This document shows positions 21,542 to 31,369 of a DNA stretch of 64,000 nt, one piece after another. Source of the DNA: Spirochaetia bacterium (lineage in GTDB: Bacteria; Spirochaetota; Spirochaetia; SZUA-6; Bin103); assembly GCA_965203055.1 (NCBI GenBank), contig OZ241863.1, positions 544,001 through 608,000 on the forward strand, given 5' to 3'. A model generated the notes under the pieces. That model was not told where the DNA came from, did no database searches, and saw only the letters and a program-made list of their open reading frames with translations. Positions within the stretch are counted from its first letter, which is position 1. Each line of letters begins with the position of its first letter. A program made the position numbers and the translations under genes.

Positions 21542-22411
21542 CTATCCGGTCCAGCTTGCGGCGGGGCGTTCTCCCTTGGGGGGTCTGGCCGCCAGCCGGG
21601 CGCCGGCGGACACGAGCAGAAAGATGGCCACGCACACCAGGGCGACGGCGGCGCCCGAGGCGACGCTGAAATAGTAGGACAGATACAACCCGGCGGCGCC
21701 GGAGGCGATGCCGATCGCGGCCGCCGCCAGGACCGTGTGGTGAAAGCGGCGCGTGATCTGCAGCGCGGCCGCGGCCGGCGCTACCATCAGGGTTACCACC
21801 AGCGCGATGCCGATGGTCTGCAGCGCCACCACGACCGCCAGGGCGATCAACAGGTACTGCAGACAGGTCAGCAGGGTGCTCCGGAGGCGCAGCGAGGCGG
21901 CGAACCCGCGGTCGAAGGTGACCAGCACCAACTCCTTGTACAGCAGCAGAATGACCGCCGTGATCACGGCCGACGCCGCGGCGATGCGAATGAGGTCGGC
22001 GCCGGTCACGCTGAGCACGTTGCCGAACAGGAAGTGCAGCAGGTCCACGGCGAAGCCGCGCACGGTGGAGATGATGGCGATGCCAAGCGCGAACATGCCG
22101 GCGTACACCACGCCGACCGCGGCGTCCTCGCCGATCCGCGAGCGGTGCACCAGGGCGGCCATTCCGAGCGAGGCGAGGATGGCGGTCGCCGCGGCCCACC
22201 AGAACAGGCGGTCGCGGTCGGGGCCGTCCAGCAGGTAGCCGGCGGCGATGCCGGGCACCAGGGAGTGGGCCAGGGCGGTGCCGATGTAGGACATGCCGCG
22301 CAGCACGGCGAAGGTGCCCACCAGGGCGCAGACCGCCGCTACCATGGTGACCGCCAGCAGCGCCCGGACGACGAACGGGTAGGCGAACGGAGCGAGCAGC
22401 AGCTCGATCAT
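21542..22411 (-). CDS. Zn/Mn ABC transporter permease
   Basis: VLRGMSYIGTALAHSLVPG, LFGNVL, TFD motif; hydrophobic. Confidence 0.88.
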   Translation of the reverse strand: MIELLLAPFAYPFVVRALLAVTMVAAVCALVGTFAVLRGMSYIGTALAHSLVPGIAAGYLLDGPDRDRLFWWAAATAILASLGMAALVHRSRIGEDAAVGVVYAGMFALGIAIISTVRGFAVDLLHFLFGNVLSVTGADLIRIAAASAVITAVILLLYKELVLVTFDRGFAASLRLRSTLLTCLQYLLIALAVVVALQTIGIALVVTLMVAPAAAALQITRRFHHTVLAAAAIGIASGAAGLYLSYYFSVASGAAVALVCVAIFLLVSAGARLAARPPKGERPAASWTG

Positions 22412-23307
22412 CCCGCGCCGGCGCTCTGCGGCGGGTGAACGGGGTGATCGCAATGGCTGTCGGGCAGGGCGTAACCGCCGCCGGCGTCGATGCGGCGCAG
22501 GTTGGCGCCGTAGGCGGCTGCCAGATGGTTCGCCGCCAGCGCCTCGTCCGGCGCGCCGGCCGCGATGAGCCGCCGGTTCAGCAGCAGCACCCGGCCCAGC
22601 CATTCGGCCACTCCCAGGTCGTGGGTAGCCACCATGATCGCCACCGAAGCGCCGATGGCGTCGAGGGTGGCGGTGAGCTGCCGTCTGGCTTCGGCGTCGA
22701 GGCCGGCGTACGGCTCGTCGAGCAGCATGATCTCCGCCTCCTGCGCCAGCGCGCGGGCGATGAACATGCGCCGCTGCTCGCCGCCGGAGAGCTCCCCGAT
22801 CGGCCGTCGGCGCAACCTGCCGATGGCGACCCGTTCCATGGCCTCGGCGACGATGGCGCGGTCTCTGCGCCGCGGGTAGCGGAAGTAGCGGACCCGGGCG
22901 ATGCGGCCCATCGCCACCACGTCCTCGACCGTGACCGGGAAGCGCCAGTTGATGGCCGGCCGCTGCTCGATGTAGGCGATGCACACGTGACGGTCGGGAG
23001 CGCTGCCGTAGACCCGCACCGAGCCGGCGGAAGGGCGGAGGGTGCCGGCGATCACGTTGAACAAGGTACTCTTGCCGGCGCCGTTGGGTCCCACCACCGC
23101 GGTGCGCTGGCCGGCCGCCAGGCGCAACGAAACCCGTTCCAGGGCGCAACGCCCGCCGTAGTGAGCCCACACGCCGCGGAGCTCCAGCAGGACGCTCCCC
23201 GCGGTATGGGCTGCCTCGCGCCCGTAGCTGCCCGTGGCGTGCGCCGGCCTGACCGCAGCCGCCGCAGCTTGACCAGCCGCCGCCCCGCCGGTTAGACCTG
23301 CACCCAT
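22408..23307 (-). CDS. Zn/Mn ABC transporter ATP-binding protein
   Basis: GPNGAGKST, LSGGE, LLDEP; C-terminal HCDH. Confidence 0.88.
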   Translation of the reverse strand: MGAGLTGGAAAGQAAAAAVRPAHATGSYGREAAHTAGSVLLELRGVWAHYGGRCALERVSLRLAAGQRTAVVGPNGAGKSTLFNVIAGTLRPSAGSVRVYGSAPDRHVCIAYIEQRPAINWRFPVTVEDVVAMGRIARVRYFRYPRRRDRAIVAEAMERVAIGRLRRRPIGELSGGEQRRMFIARALAQEAEIMLLDEPYAGLDAEARRQLTATLDAIGASVAIMVATHDLGVAEWLGRVLLLNRRLIAAGAPDEALAANHLAAAYGANLRRIDAGGGYALPDSHCDHPVHPPQSAGAG

Positions 23308-23349
23308 AAGAATGGTTCTCTCCGGCCCATCATGTCAAAATGATACACT

Positions 23350-23369
23350 ATTGAGAATCAATTATCAAT
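23350..23369. promoter_or_regulatory. Fur/Zur-family-like operator
   Basis: ATTGAGAATCAATTATCAAT AT-rich inverted repeat just upstream of the metal ABC genes. Confidence 0.55.
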
Positions 23370-24135
23370 AACGATCAGGGCCGGGCTGACGCCGGCGCGA
23401 TTCGCGCAACACTTCATCCTCGATCCATTCGGGCAGTTCCCACAGCGGGCCGGTTTCGCCGCGTTTCCAGAAGACGAGGAAGTAGGAGTGGTTCTTTCTG
23501 GCGTGTACCTGGCGGACCGTACGGCTGACGCCGGGGCGATTGTTCCTTACGACGACGAACAGGTCTTCGGCGACGAAGCCAAACCGTTCGTAGTCGCGCA
23601 TGATCTCGACGTGCGTGAAGCGCTGTCGATTCGAGCAAATCTCGTCCTGGCACTTGACGATGAAGACGCCGCGTTCGCGCAGCACGCGGTACGCCTCCCG
23701 GCCGGCGTCCCGATACAGATCGAGGACCGCTTCGTGATATTTGCTCGCGGTCCGGTTGCCCGATCCGTTGTTGCGGTAGTGCTCCTCGAACGGCCGCTGG
23801 GTCGAATGCGCCGTTCCCCCCGGTGAATGCATGTAGGGCGGGTCGAGGACGACGCAATCGATCTCCCCGTCTCGGTAGGGGAGAGCGCGGCAATCGACGC
23901 CTTCCAGGAGATCGGTAGCACGGAGATCGTAGTCTCCCGGCTCCACCTGGCGCCAGAACACCCCCTTGCCGTACGTCACGTCGGCGACGACGCTGCCCGG
24001 CCTCACGTACAGGTCCAGGATACGCGGGAACACGCTCTCGTTCCCGTCCGCGTAAGCGCTCAGCACCAGATCGTTCGTGGCGGCGCCGTTGCGCACTACG
24101 CGCTTGATCTGGGTTCCGTCGCGGGTGACCATCAC
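23365..24135 (-). CDS. orphan site-specific DNA methyltransferase
   Basis: ADVTYGKG, VLDPPY, IVKCQD. Confidence 0.8.
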   Translation of the reverse strand: MMVTRDGTQIKRVVRNGAATNDLVLSAYADGNESVFPRILDLYVRPGSVVADVTYGKGVFWRQVEPGDYDLRATDLLEGVDCRALPYRDGEIDCVVLDPPYMHSPGGTAHSTQRPFEEHYRNNGSGNRTASKYHEAVLDLYRDAGREAYRVLRERGVFIVKCQDEICSNRQRFTHVEIMRDYERFGFVAEDLFVVVRNNRPGVSRTVRQVHARKNHSYFLVFWKRGETGPLWELPEWIEDEVLRESRRRQPGPDRY

Positions 24136-24187
24136 TTGACTACCTTACTACGAACACGCGCTCCCGGGCGCATGCGGCATCCTGGAC

Positions 24188-24719
24188 GGGCGCATTTCCA
24201 AATTGTGTAGGTAAAGCAACAGGCCGCTTGGCGGCCAATCCCAAGTCCAGCGTCAGATGACGTTTCTCGGCGTTGATTCACCGGTCTACCGCCCTGACGA
24301 TCCTCGCCGGGGCGGCCGAATCCGGCGCCGGCGTGGCGGTAGCGGTGATGGGCGGCGCACAGCAGCCGGAGATTGTTCGGTTCGGCGGCGCCGCCGCAGG
24401 CATACGGCACGACGTGATCGATCTGCAGCAGGTGTTGGGAGCCGCAGCGGCGCCCGCTGGTGCGGTCCACGTAACGGCAGCGGCCCCGGTCGCGCCGCCA
24501 CACCTCGCGCTTGACCGCCGCCGGGATGGTCGCGCTGCCCGTCTTCGCTGCCGAAGTCCGGGTCCGCGGCGGCGCAGCCGGCTGCTCGCAGGCCGTCGTC
24601 ATCGACCACCTGCGCGAGATCCAGAAGCGCCGCCTATACCTGCGGCGCGGGTTCTCGCGGCGTTGAGGGCAAGCAGGCGGGCGAGCGGGATCGGTACCAA
24701 CAATTTGGAAGTGCGCCCT
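24188..24719. mobile_element. inverted-repeat-bounded remnant carrying scrambled HNH gene pieces
   Basis: GGGCGCATTTCCAAATTG ... CAATTTGGAAGTGCGCCC; minus-strand HNH (RDRGRC..IDH..NLRLLCAAHH). Confidence 0.6.
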
Positions 24720-24789
24720 CCCGGACCGGCGCACCGCACCGCCAGGCCGCTTCATTACGCGGACCCGCCGGGCTATCATCCGCTGAGCC

Positions 24790-25452
24790 GTGAGTGACTT
24801 CCGCAGTATCCGGCTGTTCCTGATCCGCCATGCGCAGGCGCGCAACGCCGCCGGCACCAGCTACGACGATGCTTCGCTGTCGGCGCTCGGCCGAGTCCAG
24901 GGCGGCGCCGCGGCCGGCGCCATCGCCGCGCGCCGGCCGGACGCGCTGTTCACGAGCCCGGCGCCGCGCGCCCGGCAGACCGCCGAGCTGATCGCGGAAG
25001 CCGCCGGCTTGCCGGTAACGGCGGACGAGCGGCTGCGCGAGTTCGTCTTCGGCAGCGTCGCCGACCCCGGCCTCACGCTGGAGCAACTGCGCGCGCGCCG
25101 CGACGATCTCCTGGTGTGGCACCCGGACCGGAGGCTGGCCGCCGACGGCGAGACCCTGCGCGAGTTCGCGCTCCGCATCGCCGCCGCGCTCGACGGGATC
25201 GTCGCCCGCCACGTCGCCGAGAGCGTGGCCGTGGTCGCCCACGCCGGAACCATCGACGGCGCGATCAACTGGGCGATGGGGCGCGGCCCCGGGGTGCCGT
25301 GGATGCACGACTTCCCGATCTCCAATGCCAGCATCACCGAGCTGATCCACTGGCCGCGCGGGCGCGTCGCCGGCGGCGCGCCGCGCTACACCGAATTCGT
25401 GAGCGTCGGATCGCTGGCCCACCTGCCGCCCGCGGTTCGCAGCGACAACTGA
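24790..25452 (+). CDS. histidine phosphatase family protein
   Basis: LIRHAQ, SPAPRARQTA, VAHAG, NASIT. Confidence 0.88.
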   Translation: MSDFRSIRLFLIRHAQARNAAGTSYDDASLSALGRVQGGAAAGAIAARRPDALFTSPAPRARQTAELIAEAAGLPVTADERLREFVFGSVADPGLTLEQLRARRDDLLVWHPDRRLAADGETLREFALRIAAALDGIVARHVAESVAVVAHAGTIDGAINWAMGRGPGVPWMHDFPISNASITELIHWPRGRVAGGAPRYTEFVSVGSLAHLPPAVRSDN

Positions 25453-25513
25453 AGACGCGGAAACGCACTTTGACCGGCACTTGCCGGCCGGGTAGGGTTC
25501 GCGCCAAGCAATA

Positions 25514-26839
25514 ATGTCGCCTCCATCCGCTTCCGATTCCCCGCTCCCGCGCGCGCGCCGCGTGGACGTGATCCCGGTCGAGCAGCAGGGCAGACAGGGG
25601 TTCTACTTGCGCGATCCATTGGCGTTCGCATCGCAGCCGGTGATGCTCGGCGCCGCGGGATTGCTCGTACTGTCGCATCTCGATGGCCGGCACTCGATCG
25701 ATCAGGTGCGCGCGGTGCTGCGGCAGCGGCTGCCGGGCAGTGACGTCAGCGCCGCGCAGATCCGCGGCCTGCTGAACACGTTGAGCAAAGGCTGCTACCT
25801 GGACGACCAGGTGGCTGCGGCGCGCATCGCCGAGGTATGCGCGGAGTTCGAACGCGCCGCGGTGCGCCCGGCCTGGCACGCGGGAACCGCCTACCCGCGC
25901 GACCCGCGCGAGCTCGCCGCGCTGCTCGACCGTTTCTTCGCGGCCGCCGCCGCGGCGCCGGGCGCGGCCGGAGAAACGCCGCGCGACCCGGCGTCCCGGC
26001 TGGCGGCCGTGATGTGTCCGCACGTCGACCTGCGGGCCGGCGGCGAAATCTATCCACCCGCCTTCACGGCCCTGGCCGAGGCGGCCCGGAATGGGCCGCC
26101 CTTCGATCTCTACGTCATCCTCGGAGTGGCCCACAACGGCGGCACCGAACCGGGGCGGAGCTTCGCCATCGCCGCCGACAAGCACTACGCGACGCCGTTC
26201 GGGCAGGTGCCCACCAATTGCCGCGTAATCGAGGAATGGTCGCGCCGCGCCGGGCGCGACCTCACCGACCGGCAGTGGCAGCACCGCACCGAGCACTCGG
26301 TCGAGTTCCCGCTGCTGTTTCTCCAGTACATCCAGGCCCAGGCCGAGCTGCCGCCGTACGAGGTGGTGCCGGTCCTGTTGGGCAGCGTGGACTCCTACCT
26401 GCACGCCGGCAGCGACCCGCTGCAGGCCCCGGAGGTCGCCGCCGAGCTGGCCGCGCTGCGGGCCGCGGTGGCGGCCAGCGGCAAGCGCGCGCTCTACCTG
26501 CTCAGCGTGGACCTGGCTCACGTCGGCCCGAAGTTCGGGCACCCGGAGCGGGTGGACGACGACGCCGCGGCGGCGTGCGAACGGGCGGACCGCCGCTTGC
26601 TGAGCTTCGCGGAACGATTCGATGCGGCCGGCTTCACCGGCGCCCTGCACGCCGACCGCAACGGCCGCAACGTGGACGCCGTCTCCGGGCTATACTCCCT
26701 CTACCCGCTGCTGGCCGGCGGCGACTGCCGCGGCGCGCTGCTCCGCTACGGCCAGAACCGGCAGCCGGACACCGGTTCGCTGGTCAGCTACGCCAGCATG
26801 GCCTTCTATCACACTGCGCCGGGGAGGCAGCTCACGTGA
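25514..26839 (+). CDS. amrB: AmmeMemoRadiSam protein B (MEMO1-like)
   Basis: RPAWHAGTAYP, PHVD, EHSVEFPLLFL, SVDLAHVG, VSYASM. Confidence 0.82.
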   Translation: MSPPSASDSPLPRARRVDVIPVEQQGRQGFYLRDPLAFASQPVMLGAAGLLVLSHLDGRHSIDQVRAVLRQRLPGSDVSAAQIRGLLNTLSKGCYLDDQVAAARIAEVCAEFERAAVRPAWHAGTAYPRDPRELAALLDRFFAAAAAAPGAAGETPRDPASRLAAVMCPHVDLRAGGEIYPPAFTALAEAARNGPPFDLYVILGVAHNGGTEPGRSFAIAADKHYATPFGQVPTNCRVIEEWSRRAGRDLTDRQWQHRTEHSVEFPLLFLQYIQAQAELPPYEVVPVLLGSVDSYLHAGSDPLQAPEVAAELAALRAAVAASGKRALYLLSVDLAHVGPKFGHPERVDDDAAAACERADRRLLSFAERFDAAGFTGALHADRNGRNVDAVSGLYSLYPLLAGGDCRGALLRYGQNRQPDTGSLVSYASMAFYHTAPGRQLT

Positions 26840-27657
26840 ACGAGATTCAGCGGTACGAATTCGACCGGCAGGGGTTTCTGGTCATCCGGAACCTGCTGGC
26901 GCCGGCGCAGGCGGCAGCTCTCGCGGCGGCGGTCGACGCGCTGGAGGAGCATGCGGTGGCGCGGCTCGACGCCCCGCCGCGCAAGCGCAGCCCGTGGGGC
27001 CGGGAGTACCATCGCGATCTCGACCTGGGGTATCACGTCCAGGGCTCCCGCGAGGAGGGGGACACGGTGATCGTCGAGGACTTCTGGAACGCCGACCCCG
27101 CCTTCGACCTGCTCATCGGACATCAGCCGACCATGGCCTGCGTGCGCGCGGTGATTCAGGGACGCCCCACGATCAACAACTCGGAGCTCCGCATCCGCTA
27201 CCGCGGCAACCAGAGCACCAACCACGGCGGCACGCGCGCGGCGAACGGCAAGTACCGCTACCACGTCAACCGGCACGGCATCGACTGCATGATGGTGCGC
27301 ATGGTCTATTTCATCCATGACGTCAGCAACGAACAGGGGGCGTTCTGCGTCGTTCCGGGGACTCACAAGAGCAACTTCGACTGCCCCTACGACAATGACC
27401 CCGACCTGGAGCCCGGGGTAGTCGGCCTCGAGGTCAAGGCCGGAGACGCGGTCTTCTTCACCGAGGCGCTGCGCCACGGCGGGCTGACCAACCGCTCCGC
27501 GCAGGTACGCAAGACGCTGCACGTCGGGTACGGCCCGCACTTCATGCAGTCGCAGAACATCGCGACCATGGATGAGGCGCCCTATCTCACCGCGGCCACG
27601 CGGGCGCGGCTGACGGCGGAGCAGCTCGACCTGTTCCGGGCCTACCCCGCGGGCTGA
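26836..27657 (+). CDS. phytanoyl-CoA dioxygenase (PhyH) family protein
   Basis: GTG overlapping the amrB stop; RYEFDRQGFLVIRNLL, VVPGTHK, GDAVFFTEALRHG. Confidence 0.85.
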   Translation: MNEIQRYEFDRQGFLVIRNLLAPAQAAALAAAVDALEEHAVARLDAPPRKRSPWGREYHRDLDLGYHVQGSREEGDTVIVEDFWNADPAFDLLIGHQPTMACVRAVIQGRPTINNSELRIRYRGNQSTNHGGTRAANGKYRYHVNRHGIDCMMVRMVYFIHDVSNEQGAFCVVPGTHKSNFDCPYDNDPDLEPGVVGLEVKAGDAVFFTEALRHGGLTNRSAQVRKTLHVGYGPHFMQSQNIATMDEAPYLTAATRARLTAEQLDLFRAYPAG

Positions 27658-27751
27658 GCCGGCGCCGGACGGCGCGGGCGGGTTGCGCGGCCTGCGGTTG
27701 CGCGGCCACCGCCGCGGCGGCCAGCCGGGGGGACGCCCGGCGGCGCGCCGG

Positions 27752-28855
27752 TCAGCGCGCCAACCAGGCCGTGAAGCGTTCCTGCATTTCGTCGCCGTGG
27801 TCGCTCCACCACTCCCAGTCGCTGTGCAGCGCGCGGCGCATGTTGGCGGGCGCGGTCGGCATGTGCGGCGCCATCTCCACGCCGGTTTCCAGGTGAGTGG
27901 AGATCAGCGCCGTGCCGGACCGGCGCACCGGACTGTAGGAGATGTAGCGGCCCACCGCGGCCATCGATTCGGGGCGCGCGGCGAAGGCGATGAAGCGGCG
28001 CGCCAGGTCCAGGTTGGGGGTGCCGGCGACGATCACCAGTTGGGTGTTGTCGAACACCTGCCCGTCCCACACGATCTCGAACGGCTGATCCTCGAGCACC
28101 TGGGCGTTGAAGATGCGCCCGTTGTAGGCGGTGCTCATCACCACTTCGCCATCGGCCAGCATCTGAGGCGGCTGGGCGCCCGCTTGCCACCACACGATCT
28201 GATCCTTGATCGTGTCCAGCTTGCGGAACGCGCGGTCCACGCCGGCCGGCGTGCTGAGCGTCGCGTACACCTGATCCAGCGGCACGCCGTCGGCCAGCAG
28301 GGCGAACTCCAGGTTGTCCTCCGGCGTGCGCCGCATCCCGCGGCGGCCCGGGAACCGCTCCAGGTCGAAGAAGTCATCGATCGTCGCCGGTAACCGGTCG
28401 GGGAAGCGCTGCGGGTCGTAGGCGTACACGGTGGCGAAGAAGATCGTGCCCATGCCGCAGTCGGTCAGGGTGTCGGGAAAGAAGTCGTCCACCGCCGAGG
28501 TACCGTCCGCTCCCGGCGGCAGGTCCTCGACCGCGATGAATTCCAGCAGCCCCTCGTCGCAGCCGCGCACCGCGTCCGCCAGGTTCAGGTCGACGACGTC
28601 CCAGTGCACGTTGCCGGTCTCCACCTGGGCGCGGATCTGGGCCAGGCCGCCGTTGTAGTCCTCCAACCGCACCTCGATCCCGGTCTCGGCGGTGAACGGC
28701 TCATGATACGCCCTCTGGCTGGCGCGGGCGTAGGAGCCGCCGAACGAAACTACCGTCAGCGGCCCGTCGGCCGCCGCCGGCAGGCTTCCGCACAACGCGG
28801 CCAGCAGCGCCGCCGCGGCAATGCCGCGCCAAGCGCGCGGCCGGGTAATTCCCAT
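27752..28855 (-). CDS. polyamine-type ABC substrate-binding protein
   Basis: Signal peptide, VVSFGGSY, QIRAQVETG, FFDLERFPGRRG. Confidence 0.85.
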   Translation of the reverse strand: MGITRPRAWRGIAAAALLAALCGSLPAAADGPLTVVSFGGSYARASQRAYHEPFTAETGIEVRLEDYNGGLAQIRAQVETGNVHWDVVDLNLADAVRGCDEGLLEFIAVEDLPPGADGTSAVDDFFPDTLTDCGMGTIFFATVYAYDPQRFPDRLPATIDDFFDLERFPGRRGMRRTPEDNLEFALLADGVPLDQVYATLSTPAGVDRAFRKLDTIKDQIVWWQAGAQPPQMLADGEVVMSTAYNGRIFNAQVLEDQPFEIVWDGQVFDNTQLVIVAGTPNLDLARRFIAFAARPESMAAVGRYISYSPVRRSGTALISTHLETGVEMAPHMPTAPANMRRALHSDWEWWSDHGDEMQERFTAWLAR

Positions 28856-28953
28856 GGGCCCCGATCATAGGGGCAGGCCGGCCCGCCGATCAAGGCCGAT
28901 TGAAAAAGGCCGGGTTGGGGTTGACATTGTTATCTGGACGGTAACTCTTGCGC

Positions 28954-29223
28954 ATGGGATATGCGATCGAATACTCAGCGACGGCGATGAACCGGCTTCG
29001 CAGGCTGGACGCCAAGACTATCGGCCGCATCATGGCGAAGGTCACCATCGTAGGCGACGACCCCAGAGCACAGAATCCGAACGTCAAGCCCCTTACCGGC
29101 GTGGACGGCTATCGGCTGCGCGTCGGCGGCTGGCGGGTGATATTCGATCTGGATCACCGGGCGCGGCGGCTCATCGTCCGCGAGATTCGCGAACGTGGCG
29201 GCGCATACAGGAGGCAACGATGA
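28954..29223 (+). CDS. RelE/ParE family toxin
   Basis: VKPLTG..YRLRVGGWRVIF...RGGAY; TTGACA at 28921. Confidence 0.85.
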   Translation: MGYAIEYSATAMNRLRRLDAKTIGRIMAKVTIVGDDPRAQNPNVKPLTGVDGYRLRVGGWRVIFDLDHRARRLIVREIRERGGAYRRQR

Positions 29224-29603
29224 AGCTGGTGCAATTCGAAATTCAGGGCCGGCCGTGGGCTCTGCTGCCAATAGAGGACTACGACGAGCTTCGCGACCAG
29301 ATCGAGGATGCGGCGGACGCGGAAGCGTTGCGCAAAGCTCAAGCCCGCGACGAAGAAACGTTCCCTGCGGCGTTCGTCGAGCGCCTGCTGCTTTCCGGCG
29401 AAAACCGGGTCCGCGTCTGGCGCGAGTATCGAGGGATGAGCGCCGCGCAGCTTGCCCGCCGCGCCAATATCCCCAACGCCCAGCTCTCGGCACTCGAGAA
29501 CGGTAGTTCCGAAGGATCGGTGCAGACCCTCCGCCGCGTTGCCGACGCGCTAGGTACGACGATTGACAGCCTGGTCGAAGGGACTTCCGAGTCGTCTGGC
29601 TGA
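29220..29603 (+). CDS. XRE-HTH antitoxin
   Basis: ATGA overlap with the toxin; ENRVRVWREYRGMSAAQLARRANIPNAQLSALENG. Confidence 0.85.
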   Translation: MKLVQFEIQGRPWALLPIEDYDELRDQIEDAADAEALRKAQARDEETFPAAFVERLLLSGENRVRVWREYRGMSAAQLARRANIPNAQLSALENGSSEGSVQTLRRVADALGTTIDSLVEGTSESSG

Positions 29604-29636
29604 CCGGCGTCGGCCGACCGTTTGCCGCGCGTCGGG

Positions 29637-30545
29637 TCAGCCCTTGCCCTTCCAGGGGATCAGCCAGGATTCGAGGGTGCGCATCAGCATCTCGATGGCG
29701 AAGCCGATGGCGCCGATGAGGATGATGCCGATCACCACCACTTCGGTCTGCAGGAAGTTCTTCGCGATCATCATCATGGAGCCGACGCCCTGGTCGGCGG
29801 CCACCAGCTCCGCGGCGACCAGCGTCCCCCAGCACACTCCCATCGAGGTGCGCAGGCCGGTGAACAGTTCCGGCAGCGCGTTGGGCAGGATGACGTAGCG
29901 CAGCACCTGCGCCTTGGACGCGCCCAGGGAGTACGCGGCGTGCACCTTGGAGATGCGCACCGAGCCGACGCCGGCGCGCGCCGCGATCAGCATGATGAAC
30001 AGCGCCGCCAGGAACAGCAGGAAGGTCTTGGCCGCCTCGTCGATCCCCAGCCAGAGGATCACCAGCGGGATCAGCGCCAGCGGCGGGATCGGGCGCACGA
30101 ACTCCACGATCGGGTCCAGGATGCCGCGCGCCGCCGAGTTCAGGCCCATGGCGAAGCCGAGCGGAATGCCCAGCAGCGCGCCGAACAGCACGCCCAGCAG
30201 CACCCGCCTGACCGAGGTCCAGACGTGCGTCCACAGCGACACGTTGCGGTAGCCGTCCGTCACCAGGCTGACGAACCGGTCGATCACGCCCGGCTTGGCG
30301 CGGTCGGGGTCCTCCCACGGGAACAGGCGGCCGTGCAGCGCCGGCCAGAACAGCGGGTCGAGGTACGCCGCGGCCGTGGCCGCCGCCCAGGCCGCCAGCA
30401 GCGCGAGCACGGTCACGATCGACCACAGCCGCCCGGAGTTCACCGCCGAGGCGTCGCCGAACCGCACGGTCTTCTGCCGGGTCAGCGGGTTGTCGGCGAC
30501 TCCCAGCCACGCGGCCAGCCGCCGAGGCTGCCGGCGGTTCTTCAT
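29637..30545 (-). CDS. tauC: taurine ABC permease
   Basis: RPIPPLA, WLGIDE, LVAAELVAA. Confidence 0.85.
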   Translation of the reverse strand: MKNRRQPRRLAAWLGVADNPLTRQKTVRFGDASAVNSGRLWSIVTVLALLAAWAAATAAAYLDPLFWPALHGRLFPWEDPDRAKPGVIDRFVSLVTDGYRNVSLWTHVWTSVRRVLLGVLFGALLGIPLGFAMGLNSAARGILDPIVEFVRPIPPLALIPLVILWLGIDEAAKTFLLFLAALFIMLIAARAGVGSVRISKVHAAYSLGASKAQVLRYVILPNALPELFTGLRTSMGVCWGTLVAAELVAADQGVGSMMMIAKNFLQTEVVVIGIILIGAIGFAIEMLMRTLESWLIPWKGKG

Positions 30546-31369
30546 AGCTCCCCCTTCAGGCCGGCGTGCGCGCCGCCCATGATCTCCTCCTCCATCTCCC
30601 AGATCATGGACAGTATCTCCTCGCGCGCGGCGACGAAGTCCGGCTGCGCCTTGATCTCGCGCGCGTTGCCCGCAACCCCCTGCGCCGCGAACGGCAGGCG
30701 GTACTCCTGGTGGATGCGGCCCGGACGGGGCGCCATCACCACCACCCGTTCGCCCAGGAACAGGGCTTCCTCCACCGAGTGGGTGATCAGCATGATCGTC
30801 TTGCCGGTCTCCCGCCACAGGCGCAGCACCAGCCCCTGCATCTTCTCCCGCGTCAGCGCATCCAGCGCGCCGAGCGGTTCATCCATCAGGATCACGTCCG
30901 GGTCGTTCGCCAGGCAGCGCGCCAGCGCCACCCGCTGTTGCATGCCGCCGGAGAGCTGGTAGACCGGCTTGCCGGCGAACTCCCGCAGCGCCATCGAGTC
31001 GAGCAGGCGCCCGACCTGCGCCTCGGTTGCGGCGCGTCCCGCGCCGGCCATGCGCGGCCCGAAGCCGACGTTCTGCGCCACGCTCATCCACTCGAACAGC
31101 GCGCCCTGCTGGAATACCATGCCGCGTTCCCGGTGCGGCCCGGTGATCGGGTTGCCGTTGAGCAGCGCCTGCCCCGCGGTGGGCGCCAGGAACCCGGCGA
31201 TGATGTTCAGCAGGGTAGTCTTGCCGCACCCGGAGGGGCCGAGCACCGCCAGCAGCTCGCTCGGCGCCAGGTGCAGGGAGATGTCCCGGAGCGCCTCCAC
31301 CCGGCCGCCGCCCGGCAGGGTGAAGACCATCGACACGCGGTCGAGGAGGAGGCCGCGCGCGCGGTTCAC
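30542..31369 (-). CDS. tauB: taurine ABC ATP-binding protein
   Basis: GPSGCGKTT, LSGGMQQR, DEPLGALDALTRE. Confidence 0.85.
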   Translation of the reverse strand: MNRARGLLLDRVSMVFTLPGGGRVEALRDISLHLAPSELLAVLGPSGCGKTTLLNIIAGFLAPTAGQALLNGNPITGPHRERGMVFQQGALFEWMSVAQNVGFGPRMAGAGRAATEAQVGRLLDSMALREFAGKPVYQLSGGMQQRVALARCLANDPDVILMDEPLGALDALTREKMQGLVLRLWRETGKTIMLITHSVEEALFLGERVVVMAPRPGRIHQEYRLPFAAQGVAGNAREIKAQPDFVAAREEILSMIWEMEEEIMGGAHAGLKGEL

